Below are positions 37,790 through 49,679 of a stretch of DNA of 64,000 nt, piece by piece. Numbering within the stretch: position 1 is the stretch's first letter; every line of letters starts with the position of its first letter. The DNA comes from Microthyrium microscopicum (taxonomy: Eukaryota). Location of the stretch: positions 127,067 to 191,066 of the forward strand of contig MU004233.1 of NCBI GenBank assembly GCA_010405405.1, read 5' to 3'. The translations under genes were made by a program, and so were the position numbers. The notes beneath the pieces are model-generated. The model was not told the DNA's origin and did no database searches. It saw nothing but the letters and a program-made list of their open reading frames with translations.

Positions 37790-38002
37790 CAACGGCATGG
37801 CAAAATAAATGGCGTACTCCCATCAACTCTGATGGCACCCAGATGCTACGCTTGGTGATCAAGTACTTTGTTTGCTATAATCGGCGTTTAGGCTGGGGAT
37901 CTTTATTAGATACGATAGGAATTAAAGCACCTTTTGGTTAGCAGCGCTGGTGGTAGCCATCAGAGTAGATGGGAGTACGCCATTTATTTTGCCATGCCGT
38001 TG
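37790..38002 (+). mobile_element. MITE copy 2
   Basis: 47-bp near-perfect TIR CAACGGCATGGCAAAATAAATGGCGTACTCCCATC[A/T]ACTCTGATGGC; TSD ACTTCC on both sides; 213 bp. Confidence 0.95.
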
Positions 38003-38031
38003 ACTTCCCGAGGATTTCTAAAATACATGCA

Positions 38032-39212
38032 TCAACAAAGAGGCGACTGGATATCTCCATACATGCCCAGGAAATCACAGATCTTCTTCAACCGCTGGCA
38101 ACGACACCATTCGAATTCGTAGGCCTTGCATGTGTCTTCCTTCTGCAGTCTTTCCCAATTAAAATACGCAGCCATTGCGGATGCTGTATAAAGAGGATCT
38201 ACAGGACCCGAGATTAATTGATCACTTGTTGCCGAAGCAAAGTGATTGAATTGCTCTCCTATCACACTCTTCAAGACCTCATTTAGCCGTTTATTCTCCG
38301 CAGCCTCGCCGATTACGATGACGTTGCTGATATGTTCTATTGGTGGGCCGTGATCTGCTTTGATTGGCATATGAATCATCTCTCGCAACGAAGCTTTCAT
38401 GGTTTCTTCAATGGCTGATACGGAAGCTGCTTGATGCAATGCATCGGCTCCAAATTCTAGACTGTGTAGCACCCGTTTTATTTTGACAACACCATCAGCT
38501 AGGTACAGGAGATGTCCAGTCAGAGCAGCCTTTGTATATTCGACGGATACGAGGACTTTATCATCATCCTCGACATCGCCTACTACATCATATGCGAATA
38601 TTGCGAGGGCGCCGGCTGGTGAACCGGTGACTCTAATGCCCGGCAAAAATGAGTGTGCAGCAGCTGAAAGCTGGTCGCGAAGCTTCTGAGATGTTTTGAA
38701 TGGAAATGCAACTTGAGCGGTGGAGATGGTTGTTTCGAGATAGGAATCGGTTGCAGTTTTGAGCGCCTTGAGCATGGGTATAGCAGACTGAAAAGAATCT
38801 TGCTTCCCGCGCCAGCAAGGAACCCAGTCATCAAGAAACTGCGTGTAGGCACATTTAAGATGCGAACATGCCAGCCCCGTCGAAGAAAGCGGTTTGGAGC
38901 TGGATTGTTTTGGCAAAGCCCCCGAGGATGATGGTCTGTCCTGCTTGAGAGTGTAGGCATCTCTCATAAATTGTCGATAGCTTGCACCACCTGTTATTTT
39001 GGCAATATTGGCAATCGTTTTGTTGGGAAAGTAGACGGTAGCAACTCTGTTACAAGCTTGTTAGCATGTTACCAGCATCCACTATAGCTTTGCAAAGGAC
39101 CGTACCCATAGTCGAGAGACAAATGAAAGCCTACTCCAAAATCGACAGCCAACACTGCACTAAAGTATGAGAAGAGGGCACTCGTAAGAACAAATTTGGA
39201 TAGATATATCAT
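38032..39212 (-). CDS. Secreted hypothetical protein (weak Hsp70/actin-like N-terminal motif), 2 exons
   Basis: Signal peptide MIYLSKFVLTSALFSYFSAVLA, then VGFHLSLDYG|VATVYFPN spliced to the 311-aa ORF 38032-38967 (VLVSVEYTKAALT, VIVIGEAA, VDPLYTAS). Confidence 0.75.
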
Positions 39213-40177
39213 TTCCTGGTACAAGTTGAAGCTAGACTTTGCTTGCTTGGTGCGTATTGTCTTTGCTAGAAATATGGTGAGTGGAGGTTTATATCCTGCC
39301 TCGCCGCATGTTGCTCGCCGCCAAATGTGAAAGGACAGAACTCTTGCGTGTACTCCAATACGTTTACGCCGCAAGAGACTCCTAACGTGTTACTCTTTGC
39401 GGGTTCACATTCTCGCTTCATTACGATTTTTACCACAAAGACTGGATCAAACTCAAGCCCGCCGAATCAGATCGCTAGAGCATAGATTCCGTCTGTTCTC
39501 GATTTTCACTTTATTGCAGCTGATTTCAAAGCGGGGTTTCCTTCAGAACTAATGATATGTTGGTTCAGGATTTAAAATTCCTGCTCTCTAATGATGGCAG
39601 CATCGATGGCACGCTGCGGAGCTAATCGGGTCTGATAATTGCCCGTTCCATCGCCCTGGAGTTCGTATTTCAGCAGGTGAAGCGCTTTAATGTCTTCTCC
39701 ACTTCCTTTCCAGAGCTCTGTTCATGTTATGATCCTATTTTCTGTGTTACAGCGATCTTCTGATTTACATGAAGTCCGGGTGGAATTGAAAGCGATGTTG
39801 AAGTCCGCGTGAGCAGTCTTAGAGGCAGATTGAAGTCGGAATCTGTTTTGGCCAGATTTGGGTCAGATTCACACAAAGCTGGGGCAATGGTCAATTCTTC
39901 ATGGTGTCGAGATACAGAATATATATCGAGAATCATGTCGTCTTTGTAGTAGGGAGATGGCTGTGATATCAGATCCGGAGGCAACTTTGGTGAGGCGAAA
40001 ACCCTCGAGGGCCGCAAATCCAATCAACCCGTATCTAGGTATCATACAAAAACAATTGGTTCACTGCATGTGCTGCACGATGTAGAGGAAGTGGACATGT
40101 TGCAATCCGCGTAAGTAATGCTATAGAACAAATGTATTTCCCAACCCCCATGCTCCGAATGTCAAATCTATCATAAT

Positions 40178-43100
40178 TTACAGTTCATCTTTATCCGACG
40201 GCCGTCCCTTCTCGCTTGACGCCGTCTCACTCGCAGGCCGATCTTTATCCTTCAACTCATCCTCCTGTACACTACCCAACGGCCGATCCCCACCCGCCTT
40301 AGTTCTCCGTGCCAGCTCCGCAATCTCATCGTCATACTCCGTCCACTCAGGTACCTGTCGTCTTGCGCGCTCTAACTTCGGCTCCTTTGTCTCAGGATTA
40401 TTGCACAAGTCAATAGTCTTTGCGTCCTTGAGGCTATCGTCGCTGCACCAAGTTTCGCACCACAGCCAGTTCTGGTCTAGGCTGTGGATGGGAATGACCT
40501 GTTGCATGTTGTTGGGCAGATCTTGGTCCAGATTGCTGAGACTGTTGGGATCGGCGGACAACTGGTGGTACTGCTGGCGTAGGCGATCACCGGCTGCTAT
40601 CTGGCGGAAACGCTTGAGATCTACGACGTACAGCGCGGAGATGTGGTATGGCAGGCCGCGTAAGAAGTTCTTCCAGTAGCCTTGCTTCCAGAACCGGTAG
40701 CCTTCCATCTCCATGCGCGAGTCACACATGGGTGTGAAGCCGTAAGGAGCGCCTTGGAGGTCGACGGCGTTGAGGTTGGCCATATCGGTGCGAACGATCT
40801 GGTCAGCATCGACGAAGATGACTTTGTCGAGATCGAGCGGGAAGAGCACGTCCAAGAAGAGGATCTTGTAGCCCCAGATTTCACGTTGTTTTTCTTTTTG
40901 GGAGCGAAGCCAGTGAGGCCATTTGTAAGTGACCATTTCGTACTCAAAGCCGTATTCCTTGGCCATGATTGGGACAAATGATTTGAAGGAAGGGGAGAGG
41001 AATTGCTCGATGAACCAGAATTTGACAGTCTGATTGGTGTGGCGCATGACGGAAACCATCATGATGTTCAGCATGCGTTCGTACAAGTGACCAGAGGCGA
41101 CGGAGAAGATGTTGATGTCAGCATGCGGTTTTGCTGTGACGCCTTTAGATAGGCCGGCCTTTTGGAGGAGATTGCCGACGAATTTGCTGCCTTGCTTGAC
41201 CATGTCGGAGGATTTGCTGGCGTCCATCTCGAGAACGTCTTCCATCTCCATGCCTGGTTTACGTGAGAGGCGAGGGTACAATGTGACACCTAGGAAGCTG
41301 AGTAGTGCGACTTCCGTCTTGTTATCCTCGGGGCGAGCTTCATAGCCAAGCGAGCCAACGCTGTCAAGATTAAATATCTCTCGGCTGGGACCTGCCTTGA
41401 GATCAATCTTGTAATAGCCTGGGTTCGCCTTAAACTGGAAATAGCCTAGATTGGCCATGATCGTGGTGTCGGCGAAATGTGGATCCTTTGCTGTTGATAA
41501 GAGAAGCTGAGCTCCTTTGGGAACATTGCCCTCGGCGTCAACATCTCTGGAGTGGCCTTCAATCAGAATCGACTCCAGTTGATACGTAGCATCGACCCGA
41601 CTATTAGCAGGTAGTGAGCTTAGTTTCAGGTTATCCAAGTCATGAATCGATTCTTTGGATGCAACTAGCCACGCAGCGGGAACATCCATTCCAAGGTTGA
41701 GTAGAGCTTTAGCTGGAATGCGATTAAAACGAGCGGCTCCTCCGGCGATACTACCGTCGTCGTTGAACGATGGCGCCGAGTCCAAGACGTAACGGTAGAA
41801 CCGCTTTACAGGAAGTTCTTCCAGCATGCTTTGAGGATTCATGTAGATTTTCAAGGAGACACCATCAAGCTCAGTCATGGCCTTCAAAATTGGAATCCAT
41901 CTTTGGGCAGTCTCGCTGGCAGGATCAAGTGCGATGACAAAATTGATGCTCGACGTAGAGTTGTCCCCGATAGCAATTGCAGTGTGCTTATCTTGCCAAT
42001 TGTAGAACATACGAGTTCTGATCATTGGCGGAAGCTCGAATATGCCCTCTGGGATTTCAGAGATCTGGGCAGCGGCAATGAGCGAGTAGAAGTTGGCTGC
42101 TGCGGTCGTGTCTTTGATGTTTTCGATATGCCCATCCTCCTCCAGAGCCTCTTGGGCTGGGGTAATTCGCTTTTTCAATTCGTAGTCGTATAACATCTCA
42201 AGTTCAGCAACACCAAGCTCCGCACCTGCTGGTAGTGGACCGACTTGACGACCGTTCAGCAAGAGAGCTGATTGACCCGGCTCCAGTCTCAATGATTTGA
42301 CTAATTCTGGAAGTTGCGGAAACTCGGGATGTCGGGGACCACTATCTAAATCTCCAGAATCCGCCAAATTATTGAAACCTTTCGCGAAATCGTCTAGCGA
42401 TCCAGGAATCTCTTGCTGAGCAACATAGAAGACATAAGCATGACTTGATCTTCGTTTGTCAGTTGTAGTAGCGTTGTTGTTGTGCACGAAAAGAATTTGG
42501 AAGTTCTCATGCTCTTTCCGAAATAATGCAGCATTTGCTGCCAGTCGAACTCCTTCTGGTGTATCAAAATCGGCAATCACCATTAATTGAGAGCCCTTCC
42601 AACTGGGAAATGCTTTAGCTGCGGAAAGTTTTGGAAGTTTGTTGATCTTGTCCTCAAGTCCCTTGAACAGTACAGGCAAGTTGAGTACAGCCACATCCTT
42701 GTCGCTGGCCGGGATAACAATAGGATTGCGTCGAAGAATCGAATTGTTGAGTAGTACACCTGCGAGCCACTCGTCCTCTTCATATTTCCCTTCAAATGCG
42801 CCACGCTGGATAATTTGAATATCGCTGCCGACCTGTTGGCTCAGAGTTTGCAACCATTCTGCATCTGCTTTGACTGGGACTCCATTGACGAAGATTGGGG
42901 CACTGTCGTGAAAAGAACCCAGTCGTTTGAGGTAGGAGTTGGCCTTCTCGAGTCGCGAGCTAATATCTTCATGGCCAATTACTGCTGGAAGATCGAGCTG
43001 CTCCTTATTCTCTTTGAGTGTGCGTGCTTCGATGATTTGCTGAAAGTACCCCGGTTCAGGTTTGAGCACTTTTGCAGCATCTTCCAAATACTTTTCCAGA

Positions 43101-44775
43101 TAGCCCATGATCGCAACAATACCGTATGATTCTTGCAAGTGATAGATGACCTTTGCTTGATCAATTGCCGCAGGTGAAAGTCCAACGGGAACGATGCCCC
43201 AACGGAGTGGAACCTTTCTTTTGATTATGTTCTGTATCGTGTTGACAATCAAGAATGCCGACTCGCTTTTGGAGAAGTCGACGGGAACGATGGCGTTGGA
43301 AATGTCCTTACGAACTGTAGGTAGTTGTCCTGGATATACTCTTTGGAAGAGCTAGACCATGTCAGCCGATAATCAACAGAGCGAAAAACGTTGATACTCA
43401 CCGAATCCAAGTCAGTTGGCCAATCCTGATATCTCTTGTCCTTTTCGATATCATTAAGCCAGATGATAACATCCCCGCCTTCTTCTTCATCCCTCCAGTC
43501 GAAACGTTGGTTCTCTTGTTGAGTATGTGTTGCCATCAGAGCTTTGTTAGACAGAATAGTGATAGCTTCAGCAGCAGTCAAGCCCATATCCCGAAATTGA
43601 TTAATCAGCTTCCGTTCTCGTTTCAAGTGATCTAACAAGGAGAACGCATCGACTTTCCGAGGATCATATTGTATTCCATTGATCCACATGACATTGAGTC
43701 CAGCTGGCAGGAACTGTTCTCGATTGACTTGATACTCTTCAATGAATTCGTTTGAGGCATTACGGGATGCAAGAGATGCCGAGTGCTTTGGAAAATCCTG
43801 CGTCATCTTCAAAAGTGTGTCCATTGGATTCTTGCTTGCTACCGCAAATTGTGCTGCGTTCATGGAAAGACCAGTAACTTCGGACCTAGAAAGTGGTTTC
43901 ATATCTACAACTTCATCATCCTCGAGGCTAGTCTCCGAGCTTCCTTTGTGTTTTTCTTTCTCGGTAACCTCTTCATCCTTCTTGCGGTCATCTATGACAA
44001 TGTAATCGGTTCTCTTGAGGGCCAACTCTACTCCATAGCCACTGATGACCAGTGGCCGCTCTTCAGTCTTCTTCGCAGGCTTATAGCGCACACGGTATCT
44101 TGATGATCCTTTTACTGCGGCATCATAGGAGTGTCTATGAACCTTCTGAAACTCCTTAGAGGTGATATCGGCGTAAACTGTCACAATCACGTCTTGCGCC
44201 TCCGGTCCTAATACACGATCGAAGGGAACAACATCCAGAAGGTCTTGATTCTTCAAAACAGCATTCGCCTTTTCCATTGTCAGGTCACAGTACTGTTTCC
44301 CAGCTATCTCCATCCACACCTCGCAATCCAACCCATCAAGTGATGGTTGGACTGAAGTTTCATAGAACTGGTAATGTGCTTGTATCCGTGGTGCCGAATT
44401 GCGTATGGAAAGTGCGAATTTGAGGGCGGATAGGGATTCGGGATCGGTAATGAGCTTGTCATTTTTAAGGAGTGTAAGGAAGCGCTGGTATAATTCCTTG
44501 TCGGTATTTGACGATTCGAAGTAGCCTTCTGCGATGCGATCGAGGATAGGAAAATAAACGTCAGGCTTCTCATCTGCGGCAGTTTCACTTGAAATCGTTA
44601 GCAAGCAACCGGGTAATTAGAGTTGTGGACCTTACAGAAGCTCTATTATGAACGGTGGAGAAGCGAATGCTGCTTGGACGTCTACATTTATGGAGGGATT
44701 AGCTGTTGCGCGCAGAGGGAAAGCCGCAAACAGGAATAGCAGATGGGCAGCGGACCGCCATGTAAAAGAGCGCAT
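40178..44775 (-). CDS. UGGT: UDP-glucose:glycoprotein glucosyltransferase (GT24; KRE5/gpt1 family), 3 exons
   Basis: Signal peptide; GYGVELALKRTDYIVIDDR; INIFSVASGHLYERM; WGYKILFLDVLFPL; FVDADQ; DPNSLSNLDQDLPN; WLWCETWC; C-terminal KDEL. Confidence 0.97.
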
Positions 44776-45183
44776 GGCGCAAATTATATCATACAAAAGC
44801 CAGCAGGTATAGAAAGAGAGAATCAGCTCAACATTTGGTCAAATGTGAGAACGTGGGAGTTCTTAGGGGGTTGCCCAAGGCTGTTCAAGATGCAACGTAG
44901 CTCGTTCTGTCGCAGGGAGATGGACCTGGTGCCGGCTGCGTCAACACCGGGATATCAGAAAATCAAGCTCTAGACTGGGTGATACTCGCCAGGCTTGGCT
45001 TCAAATGAGTGCAAGAATTTGACAAACAGGTTGAAGAGGTCGTTCTCGAGTTCGTTGGTTGAAGGCATTTGATCTTTGGGTAGCGGCATTAGCAGCGTCT
45101 GATTGGCTATAATTCTCACCAATAAAAACGTGGCTGCTGCGTGTCCAAATAAGGCTAGGATTCAGCCTTATCTTCACGTCGTC

Positions 45184-45394
45184 CAACGGCATGGCAAAAC
45201 TAATGGCGTACTCCCGTCAACTCTGAAGGCCCCCAGCCGCTACGATCTGTTTGAGTGCCTTATATGCCACAAAAGGCGTTTATGCTGGGAGTTTTAGTCA
45301 GCTACGGTGGGATTTAAAGCACCTTTTGGTTAGCAGCGCTGGTGGTAGCCATCAGAGTTGTTGGGAGTACGCCATATATTTTGCCATGCCGTTG
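45184..45394 (+). mobile_element. MITE copy 3
   Basis: CAACGGCATGGCAAAA..TTTTGCCATGCCGTTG; internal part shared with copy 2 (TTAAAGCACCTTTTGGTTAGCAGCGCTGGTGGTAGCC); flanks GTCGTC/GACGTC (5/6); 211 bp. Confidence 0.93.
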
Positions 45395-45860
45395 GACGTC
45401 ACAATTTGGCGATTGCGAGCGATTGATAGAGCCTATCTTTTGAAGCTTAATCGCCGGGAGTTTTAGAATCTGGAAACCACATCCTGCATAAGAAGGAGTG
45501 GTAGAAGGTAGTCGTAACTTAAATGGCAGGTAGCTCTTGGAGTACCTCAGTTCATTTCATCATCTCGCCGGATTTGATCCAATAACTTGATCACCTCACG
45601 CATCGACTATCCAAATACGACCTAGGTGCTCATATCAAGTCACAATTCTAACACGCCTCACTCTACCTCATCACGCCCTCAGTATTGATCTTCGTCATCT
45701 TTTGCACAGCATAAAACTTTCATCATTCACCTCTTTGACACCATCTCCACTCCACGACCTCTACTCCGCAACCTCCACTCCAACCTCTACTCTCGCATCC
45801 ACAACAAATCCTTACATTCACCTTCAAATCCATCGATATCGACATCGAACTTCACCAGCA

Positions 45861-46539
45861 ATGCGTTTCCTTGCTATCGCATGTGCTGGCTTCGCCGCCA
45901 TTGCTACAGCTGCTTCAATTTCAGGCGCAAAAGCTTCAGTCACCGAGCTCGTTCCACTCCGGAACATCACCATCAACAACGTTCAGTACGGTCTTATTTG
46001 CAATACGGAGCAACTGAACCCGGCCGACACCCAGCGCTGCGTCGATCTGCTCGAAGGACGCGGCATGTGCTTCGTGGCTCGAGAACGTAAGTGCTTTCCG
46101 TTCCCAACTTTTATATGTTTCCCCTGGGCCATGGAAAACAGAGTGTTCTCTGGGAGCCATCGACTTCGATGTGCCAAAGGCTTCTATGGGGCCCATCGGC
46201 TTTCATGGGAGCCAATTGGTTTTACGAAAGCGTTTTCTGGCAGAAAAGTGATCGCATTCGATGGGCGCCATCGCCTCTTGTCCGGGTCGCTGCATAAATC
46301 GTTACTGACCAGTACTAGAATCTGCTCACTTCTGCGAGTGGGGTAGCGTCAAGATCTCGGGTCGTGTCTTTACCCAATTCGGCGCGCAGGGTCAAGATAT
46401 GACCACACGATGCCCATATGTTGCTCATACCGTTGATGTCATCAACCAAAATTGTGGCGGTAGTGGTGGATCTCTGGGTGTTGCGGGTTCTGAGGTCCCA
46501 ATTGACATCGTTGCGCATGTTTCTGGTCATTGGGTCTAG
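45861..46539 (+). CDS. Small secreted cysteine-rich protein (148 aa; candidate effector)
   Basis: Signal peptide MRFLAIACAGFAAIATA; intron 46087-46318; six Cys in the mature part; stop TAG 46537-9. Confidence 0.85.
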
Positions 46540-47462
46540 GCTCAGATGTCAGATTGGGTAACTACCCACACCTCTCTAAAATGATGTGGAGGCCCATCAG
46601 CTTCGGTGGCTCCCATCAGCGGTGCTATTTTATGTAGATGTCAAATGTCATCGAATGCGTATCCGGCAAGATACTTACACCTTCCAATCTGGATGCTACT
46701 CTGCTTTTACTTCACACTCACAGTTCCATTTTAGCCCTGTGATGTGCCTGTGACCTGCAAACATGGCTTTGAGCTCGCATCGGTTTTCTATGGTAGTGTA
46801 GTAGAAAAGTAGTCCGGAGCACCAAGTGGACTTCTCCCAGATCTCAAAGAGGCTCGAAGGAGTGCCTGAAACCAACTTCAATCATTGTCATGCTCATCCC
46901 GTATGGTCGGCCCATTTTGGGAGCTCAGGACAGGCCATCGGTGTTGCCACAAATATCCTCTGAGTCCGGACATCCCATCGCGTATGGGGCCTGATGCCAA
47001 ATGGAAAACTGGCGTAGGTCTTGACAATTCGAACTATTTGAAATGATCGAGGAATATCTATCCAGATAGGCACTAAACTGGTGCGAAGACGACCATGCTT
47101 GTTGTAATTCTAGCAAACCGGATTACCTTTGTTTGCAGATTATGTGCAAGAGAACGGAAAAGGAGAGATGAACTTTGGAATGCTACGCAACTGTTAGGCA
47201 GGGCAGTGGCTGATCTATTTTTAGGAAGGTTCTACCTACGGAGTAAAGTTCAACTTCTAATCGCCCAGCCTACTTCTCATCTTCTTGCGTACAGCCTCGT
47301 TTGCAGCAACTTCCCAATGGCATTTCATGGAAACTTGCGGCGTGAATAACCCTCATTGATTGGGTGGTTGTCGAACAAAGGTTCTAGGATTTTCAAACAA
47401 AGTACATAAGAGCTCCTCTAAATGCATCTTGAATGCTTAGGACGCGTCGATGCAAACCCATT

Positions 47463-48120
47463 TTACTTCAAGACCTTTTCAGCAGCCGACACTATAAAGG
47501 TTAGTTCGTTCAAGTCAAGATTGACAGGTCAAACATACCATTCAAACCAGTGTTATCAGGCTCCACAAAAGCCTCCTTGACCTTTCCATCTTCCACGAGC
47601 AGAGCATAGCGCTTGCCGCGATGTCCACCAAAGATCGCGCTTCCATCGAATGACAAATCCAACCCATCAGTAAACGACAACGCCGGGTCCGCGATGAATC
47701 GCACACCACTCTTTCCTGATGGATCAAGATCACTGCCCCAAGCCTTCATAACGAAAGCATCGTTAACAGACACCACAAACACCTTGCCAGCATCCTTGAG
47801 TTTGGCTGAGTTGATATAGCCCGGCACGTGGCTTTCTGAGCATGCGGGACCTAAAATCGGAATATTAGCGCCTTTAACCTTACTACCATGGAACATATGG
47901 AAACGTGTTACGTACTGAATGCGGCCGGCACGCCGATGATTACTCCTTTGCCGGATTTGAGCTCTTTGGCGAGGTTGACTTTGTTGCCGGGGCTGCCTTC
48001 CATAAGCTCGACGTCTGGAATGGCATCGCCAACTTTGACGAAAGCGCGGGGAGTGGCATGGAAGGCGCGGGCGCGTACAGCGGTGCGCAGAACCGGGGAA
48101 CGGAGCGTTTTTGAGAACAT
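47463..48120 (-). CDS. Type-II (Prx5/AHP1/PMP20-like) peroxiredoxin with mitochondrial presequence, 3 exons
   Basis: R-rich presequence; VKVGDAIP; GVPAAFS|PACSESHVPGY; VVSVNDAFVMKAWG; KRYALLVEDGKV. Confidence 0.93.
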
Positions 48121-48389
48121 GGCGAATTATGATGTTTGATGAAGTCGAAGCTTGAATGATCTCGATGTCCCGATTTCATCCATGGATGATGCACAAACAA
48201 GCCCACTTGCATGAAGGGAGGCGTCATTGTGGCGTGTGCCTGACAAGCCACAGTTACAGTTGGTAGGCTCCATCTATTCTGATTATTCTTTTCCAAAAAA
48301 TCGGAGACCGGATGACTTTCTGCGTTCCATGATCCATCAACTGGTCAAGTCATCAGAGCAGCGGCAGAGCCTGCATGAACTATCGAAGG

Positions 48390-48595
48390 CAACCGACAGA
48401 CAAAATAAATGGCGTGCCCCCATCGACTTCGATGGCTCCTACATAACACGCTCTAGTATTGAGTGCTTTATACAGGGGTTTAGCTTTGGGGATTTTATCG
48501 AATATGATGGAAAGCATAACAACCTCCTAATCAACAGCGTTCGTGGGAGCCGGCGAAGTTGATGGGAGAACGCCATTTATTTTGTCATGCCGTTG
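48390..48595 (+). mobile_element. MITE copy 4
   Basis: CAACCGACAGACAAAATAAATGGCG..CGCCATTTATTTTGTCATGCCGTTG; TSD CGAAGG on both sides; 206 bp. Confidence 0.92.
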
Positions 48596-49167
48596 CGAAG
48601 GCTTGGACGCGTCTTCTCTATCAAAGATCGATATGAGCCTACCTTGCTTGGAGTTGGCCATCCCCTGGTAGAGCGATATCTCTGGCCAAGAGGTTTCTAT
48701 TTCTCCCTCTTGACTCTACTACTCCAGTGCTTGGGTCTTTTTGGAGGAAGTCTTCTCTACTGAGCAGACCCCGTAGGCATCGGAATTTTCATCCTTGCCA
48801 ATGGTTTAACGGACACAAGACATAGATCCTTCGGGGCTCAGATGCGTCTTATGTCCTTCTCTCATCTTGCAGGTTGCAAGTATGCCTTGACTGATTGCCA
48901 ACTCTACCATCCACACGGAGAACATTCGTTGGCTGTCATCAGACAATACTGACATGTGCTGTACTGAGCTGCCTGTTGTTGATCCAGATGCCTATAGTTG
49001 GCGATTCTCGCAGTCAGGTTCTGCAATTCGTCTATAAATATAGTCGCAAGGTGAGCAACACCTCCATTCCCCAATTTCGACATTATTCCTGGTTCCAATC
49101 GCCATACATTTCTTTACAGCTTGTTTTACTTATATCAACCAACACCAGTCCTTACACTGCAACGAAT

Positions 49168-49494
49168 ATGGATAGCATAGGAAACGTCTGCTTTGTCTGT
49201 AGAAGAATGAGAGAGACGCCGAAGCATGCAGATCTAAAAACAGTCGGCGAGTTGCACCATTGCTTACTCTGCCGCCGCGATTACTGCGATACACACAAAA
49301 GCAGCGACAAAGACAACATTTGCGAGATCAACCATATAACATACTACGGAAGGCACCCTCATCTACATGATATATGGCCCTCCCTGGAGAGACGAAGCGA
49401 AGCAATGGATGCAAAAGCCGAAGTATCTTTCAATATACTGGCTCACAGATCGAACTTCAACAGCAGTACAAAGGATACGGAGCGTGTTGTGTAA
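49168..49494 (+). CDS. Small Cys/His-rich putative zinc-binding protein
   Basis: CFVC..HHCLLCRRDYCDTH..CEINH; ATG 49168 downstream of TATAAATA (~49032). The 3' end may be spliced. Confidence 0.6.
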   Translation: MDSIGNVCFVCRRMRETPKHADLKTVGELHHCLLCRRDYCDTHKSSDKDNICEINHITYYGRHPHLHDIWPSLERRSEAMDAKAEVSFNILAHRSNFNSSTKDTERVV

Positions 49495-49679
49495 CGCGCA
49501 AGGTCGACATCGGGACTACTCGAACTGGATCGACGCTCTTGCTATTGGGGTGCTGTCTTGTGCTGTAAAGTGAAGCACAAAATCTCAGATTACTCGAATA
49601 AATAGTGCTTACTTCGACGTTCAATTTCTGTGCAGATGAACTTTCGAAAGGTGTTTTTGTATTATCATATTCTGGCACA

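Noticed and set aside
37783..38009. 8-bp TSD GACTTCCC (canonical hAT) for the MITE
   Set aside because: It does not hold for copies 45184 or 48390, whereas a 6-bp TSD with C..G termini fits four copies.
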